Assembly: GCF_038025025.1 (NCBI RefSeq) | Contig: NW_027117343.1 | Coordinates: 558,001-622,000 of the forward strand | DNA: 64,000 nt | Source of the DNA: Phyllosticta citribraziliensis | Lineage: Eukaryota | Direction: 5' to 3' | Shown here: in pieces, positions 61,520 through 64,000 of the stretch | Position numbering within the stretch: the first letter of the stretch is position 1 | Layout: the number at the start of each line of letters is the position of its first letter | The notes under the pieces: generated by a model | What the model saw: only the letters and a program-made list of their open reading frames with translations | The model's database searches: none | What the model was told of the DNA's origin: nothing | Made by a program: the position numbers and the translations under genes

Positions 61520-62359
61520 ATGGCTCAGCGCAATCCCACCAAGCCAATCAAGATTCTCATGCTCCATGGCTACACTCAAACTGGCCCTCTCTTCCGGAAC
61601 AAGACGCGCGCCCTCGAGAAAAGCCTCTCCAAAGCCTTCCCCGCCGGCCTGACGCTCTCGTACCCCACCGCTCCTATCAAGCTCTCGCGCGCTCAAATCC
61701 CCACCTTTGACACCGACGGCGTCAAGGCTGACGAGGCCGAAGAGGAAGAACCCGAGGCGTACGCGTGGTGGGTGCGCAAAGACAAGGTGGAACAGGCCAA
61801 CGGCAAAGTCGAAGGAGAGGGATTCTCGTACGAGGGCCTCGAGACGGGATTCGCAAAGCTCGCTGAGGTACTCAAGGAGGAGGGCCCGTTTGATGGAGTG
61901 ATTGGCTTCTCGCAAGGCGGTGCCGCGGCAGGCATGCTGGCGTCCGTCCTCGAGCCAGAGAGAAAGGTCGCTTTTGAAAAGGCACAGGAAAAAGGCGGAA
62001 TGCCGTATCCTCAGGCCATTGAAGGCGTGCATCCGCCACTCAAATTCGCCGTGAGCTACTCTGGTTTTGCACCTGCTGCCAATGAGCTCTACCAGGCTTT
62101 CTACGAACCCAAGATCAAGACTCCAATGCTGCATTTCATTGGAAGCCTGGACACCGTGGTAGAGGAGACTCGGAGCTTGCGGTTAGTCGACGCATGCGAG
62201 AAGAAAGAGGGCCGAGTTGTATACCACCCGGGTGGACACTTCTTGCCCAGTCAGAAGCAACCCGTTAGCGCACTGGTCGGCTTCATTAGGGAGATCATGG
62301 CAGAGGCTGAAGGTGCGAATAAAGAAGAGAGCGTCGAGGACATGGACGTGCCTTTCTAG
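61520..62359 (+). CDS. FSH1/OVCA2-family serine hydrolase
   Basis: KILMLHGYTQ, GPFDGVIGFSQG, HFIGSLD, HPGGHFLP. Confidence 0.9.
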   Translation: MAQRNPTKPIKILMLHGYTQTGPLFRNKTRALEKSLSKAFPAGLTLSYPTAPIKLSRAQIPTFDTDGVKADEAEEEEPEAYAWWVRKDKVEQANGKVEGEGFSYEGLETGFAKLAEVLKEEGPFDGVIGFSQGGAAAGMLASVLEPERKVAFEKAQEKGGMPYPQAIEGVHPPLKFAVSYSGFAPAANELYQAFYEPKIKTPMLHFIGSLDTVVEETRSLRLVDACEKKEGRVVYHPGGHFLPSQKQPVSALVGFIREIMAEAEGANKEESVEDMDVPF

Positions 62360-62597
62360 AACAAGCATAGACAACGGCGATAGACATAGACTTGGGAAGA
62401 TCACCAGATGACTCAGACGGTTTTCACATCGCGCTTTGGAATTGCTGACTCTATGGGGGTACATTACAAGTTGCCCTCGACGGGCGGATCGCCTCTTGAA
62501 AGCCTCGCAGAGATGATTCCTGGCGCATCTATTTGTGACCACCATGCACCGCCCGAACTCCAGAATGGCTGACTGCAAGCAACTTTGGCGGAAGCGC

Positions 62598-64000
62598 TCA
62601 ATGCACCTTGCTCGTCTTGCCCTTGTCAACCTTGGTGGGCTGGATCCTGGCCATCATCTCCTCCTTGGTAATGAGGTGGTCGATCCGTTCAAGCAGGCCA
62701 AGCAAGCTCCTCATGTTTCCGCTCCACTCGTTCAAAACGTCGTCCGCATCGCGAGGCTTGGCAAAGTTGACAATCTTGGCCGGACGGTCAATCTTGGCAT
62801 AGATTGTCTTGGACGTGACGAGGTCACTGATGTACTTCTCCGTCTCGTCCTCGTTCAGGTCGAGGAGCTCCCGAAGACGGGGGATCTGGATGCGCGTGTA
62901 GTACTTGGCAACGACGCGCACGTTGTGCTCGATCACCCTCTTGCGCAAGTCCTGCCATCTTTGATTTGCCTTGGGGTCGGTGGACTGGCCAAGCTTCTCG
63001 TCGAAAATGTCGGTGGAACACAGGTGCTTGCCAAATTGCTGCTCAATGATCGGCCACCTCATCAGCTCCGGAATGGTGAAAAGCTTCAGAAGTTGAGCCT
63101 CTGAGGGAATCTGAGCGTTGCGGGAGTCTTTGAAGATGCGGTGAAGAAGATCTGACTGTTCGTTGTCGTGGGGCGCGAGGATGACAAAGTAAATGACGCG
63201 TTGAAGCACCTGCCAATGTTAGTGATGAGCGTTTGTAAAAGTCCGTTTACTCACAGCCTTCAGCTTCTCGGGGTCCTCCTCCACAGCCTCCGTGTCCAGG
63301 ACCTGTCTGTAGTGCTTGCACGCCTCGAGGTACTTGTCATCGTGCTTGGACAACAAGATCTGCTGCTCGTAGTAGCGCAGCTTGAGGTCCGTCACGTCAT
63401 CCTCCGGTTCGACAGGAGGATCGTCCACACTTCGGTTCTTCTCAGCCTCCTCCCGTTCCTTCTTCTCTTTCTCGAGTTGTTCCGGAGTCTTCTTCGGCTT
63501 CCTGGCAAAGTATCTTGTGCTGATCTTCCGGCTCAGAATGCCAGCCGACGTCCAGTCTCCCTTCTCGATGCACAGTGCCACCTGCTCCAGGATGAACTCG
63601 GTCTTCTCCCTTCGCGTCATCGAACCAAATGTCTCGACTTGCAGCTCGCACAGAATGTCCGTTGCCGATTTGATATCGCCTTGCTGCTTCTTGATGTCCG
63701 AGAGAATGCGGGTCACCCTCGCGCGCTCAACCTCGACGAAGATCTGATTCCAAACATTAGCGCTCCCCATGTGTGAAGACTGAAGCTGTTTACCTTGCCC
63801 TCCGTAACCGTCCTCAAAGTCTCAATCACCGAAAGCTTGGTCTCCAGGTTGGGAGTGTCCTCCAAGAAGCTCATGACCACCTGGACCATCTTCGTGATGG
63901 CCTGCTTGAGTTGACCATGCTTCTTGGACAGGAGCAGAACCTGCTCGTTCAAGAGGCTCCAGTTTGCTTTGGTTTTGCATAGTGTGACGATGGTGACGAT
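62598..64000 (-). CDS. RPN5: 26S proteasome lid subunit (PSMD12 orthologue), 5' end outside the window
   Basis: LSKKHGQLKQAITKMVQ, TVTEGK/IFVEVERARVT, ELQVETFGSM, PHDNEQSDL, PCI domain RVIEHNVRVVAKYYTRI, AKIDRP, HLITKEEM. Confidence 0.95.

Noticed and set aside
61520..62359. FSH1-like hydrolase as a PKS release enzyme (LovG-like)
   Set aside because: Sits between IPI3 and RPN5 in a core-gene neighbourhood, and the cluster already has its own thioesterase.
62598..64000. Proteasome subunit as a resistance gene for the cluster
   Set aside because: RPN5 is a lid subunit ~19 kb away among housekeeping genes, with no sign of duplication in the window.

Overview
GC-rich, intron-containing filamentous ascomycete DNA (the lineage cannot be fixed from sequence alone). 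The centre (~13.4-43.9 kb) is an apparently complete secondary-metabolite gene cluster of the pyranonigrin/pyranterreone (pyn/pyt) type. It comprises a hybrid PKS-NRPS (KS-AT-DH-degenerate MT-apparently intact ER-KR-ACP-C-A-T-degenerate R), an NAD(P)-binding reductase, a flavin monooxygenase, a Zn2Cys6 regulator, a pepsin-fold protein with non-canonical catalytic motifs, a stand-alone thioesterase, a P450, an MFS transporter and a secreted BBE-like flavin oxidase; I found no N-methyltransferase. All five promoters driving the enzyme and transporter genes carry a CCG-N8-CGG everted repeat (TCCG-N8-CGGA in four), a candidate binding site for the cluster regulator. Just left of the cluster lie a HAD-fused class II (DxDTT) terpene cyclase and a Spt23/Mga2-like factor lacking its IPT, ankyrin and membrane parts. 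The accessory block is bracketed by a tRNA-Gly(GCC) gene (with a scrambled tRNA relic nearby) and an odd tRNA-like gene with a GGT anticodon. The flanks hold ordinary genes: a Xi/omega-like GST, a secreted 5'-nucleotidase-like phosphoesterase and an AhpD-like protein on the left; a secreted repeat protein, DNA polymerase eta, a GST, RfeG, an OPT transporter, IPI3, an FSH1-like hydrolase and RPN5 on the right. Exon boundaries were read by eye and no database searches were run.
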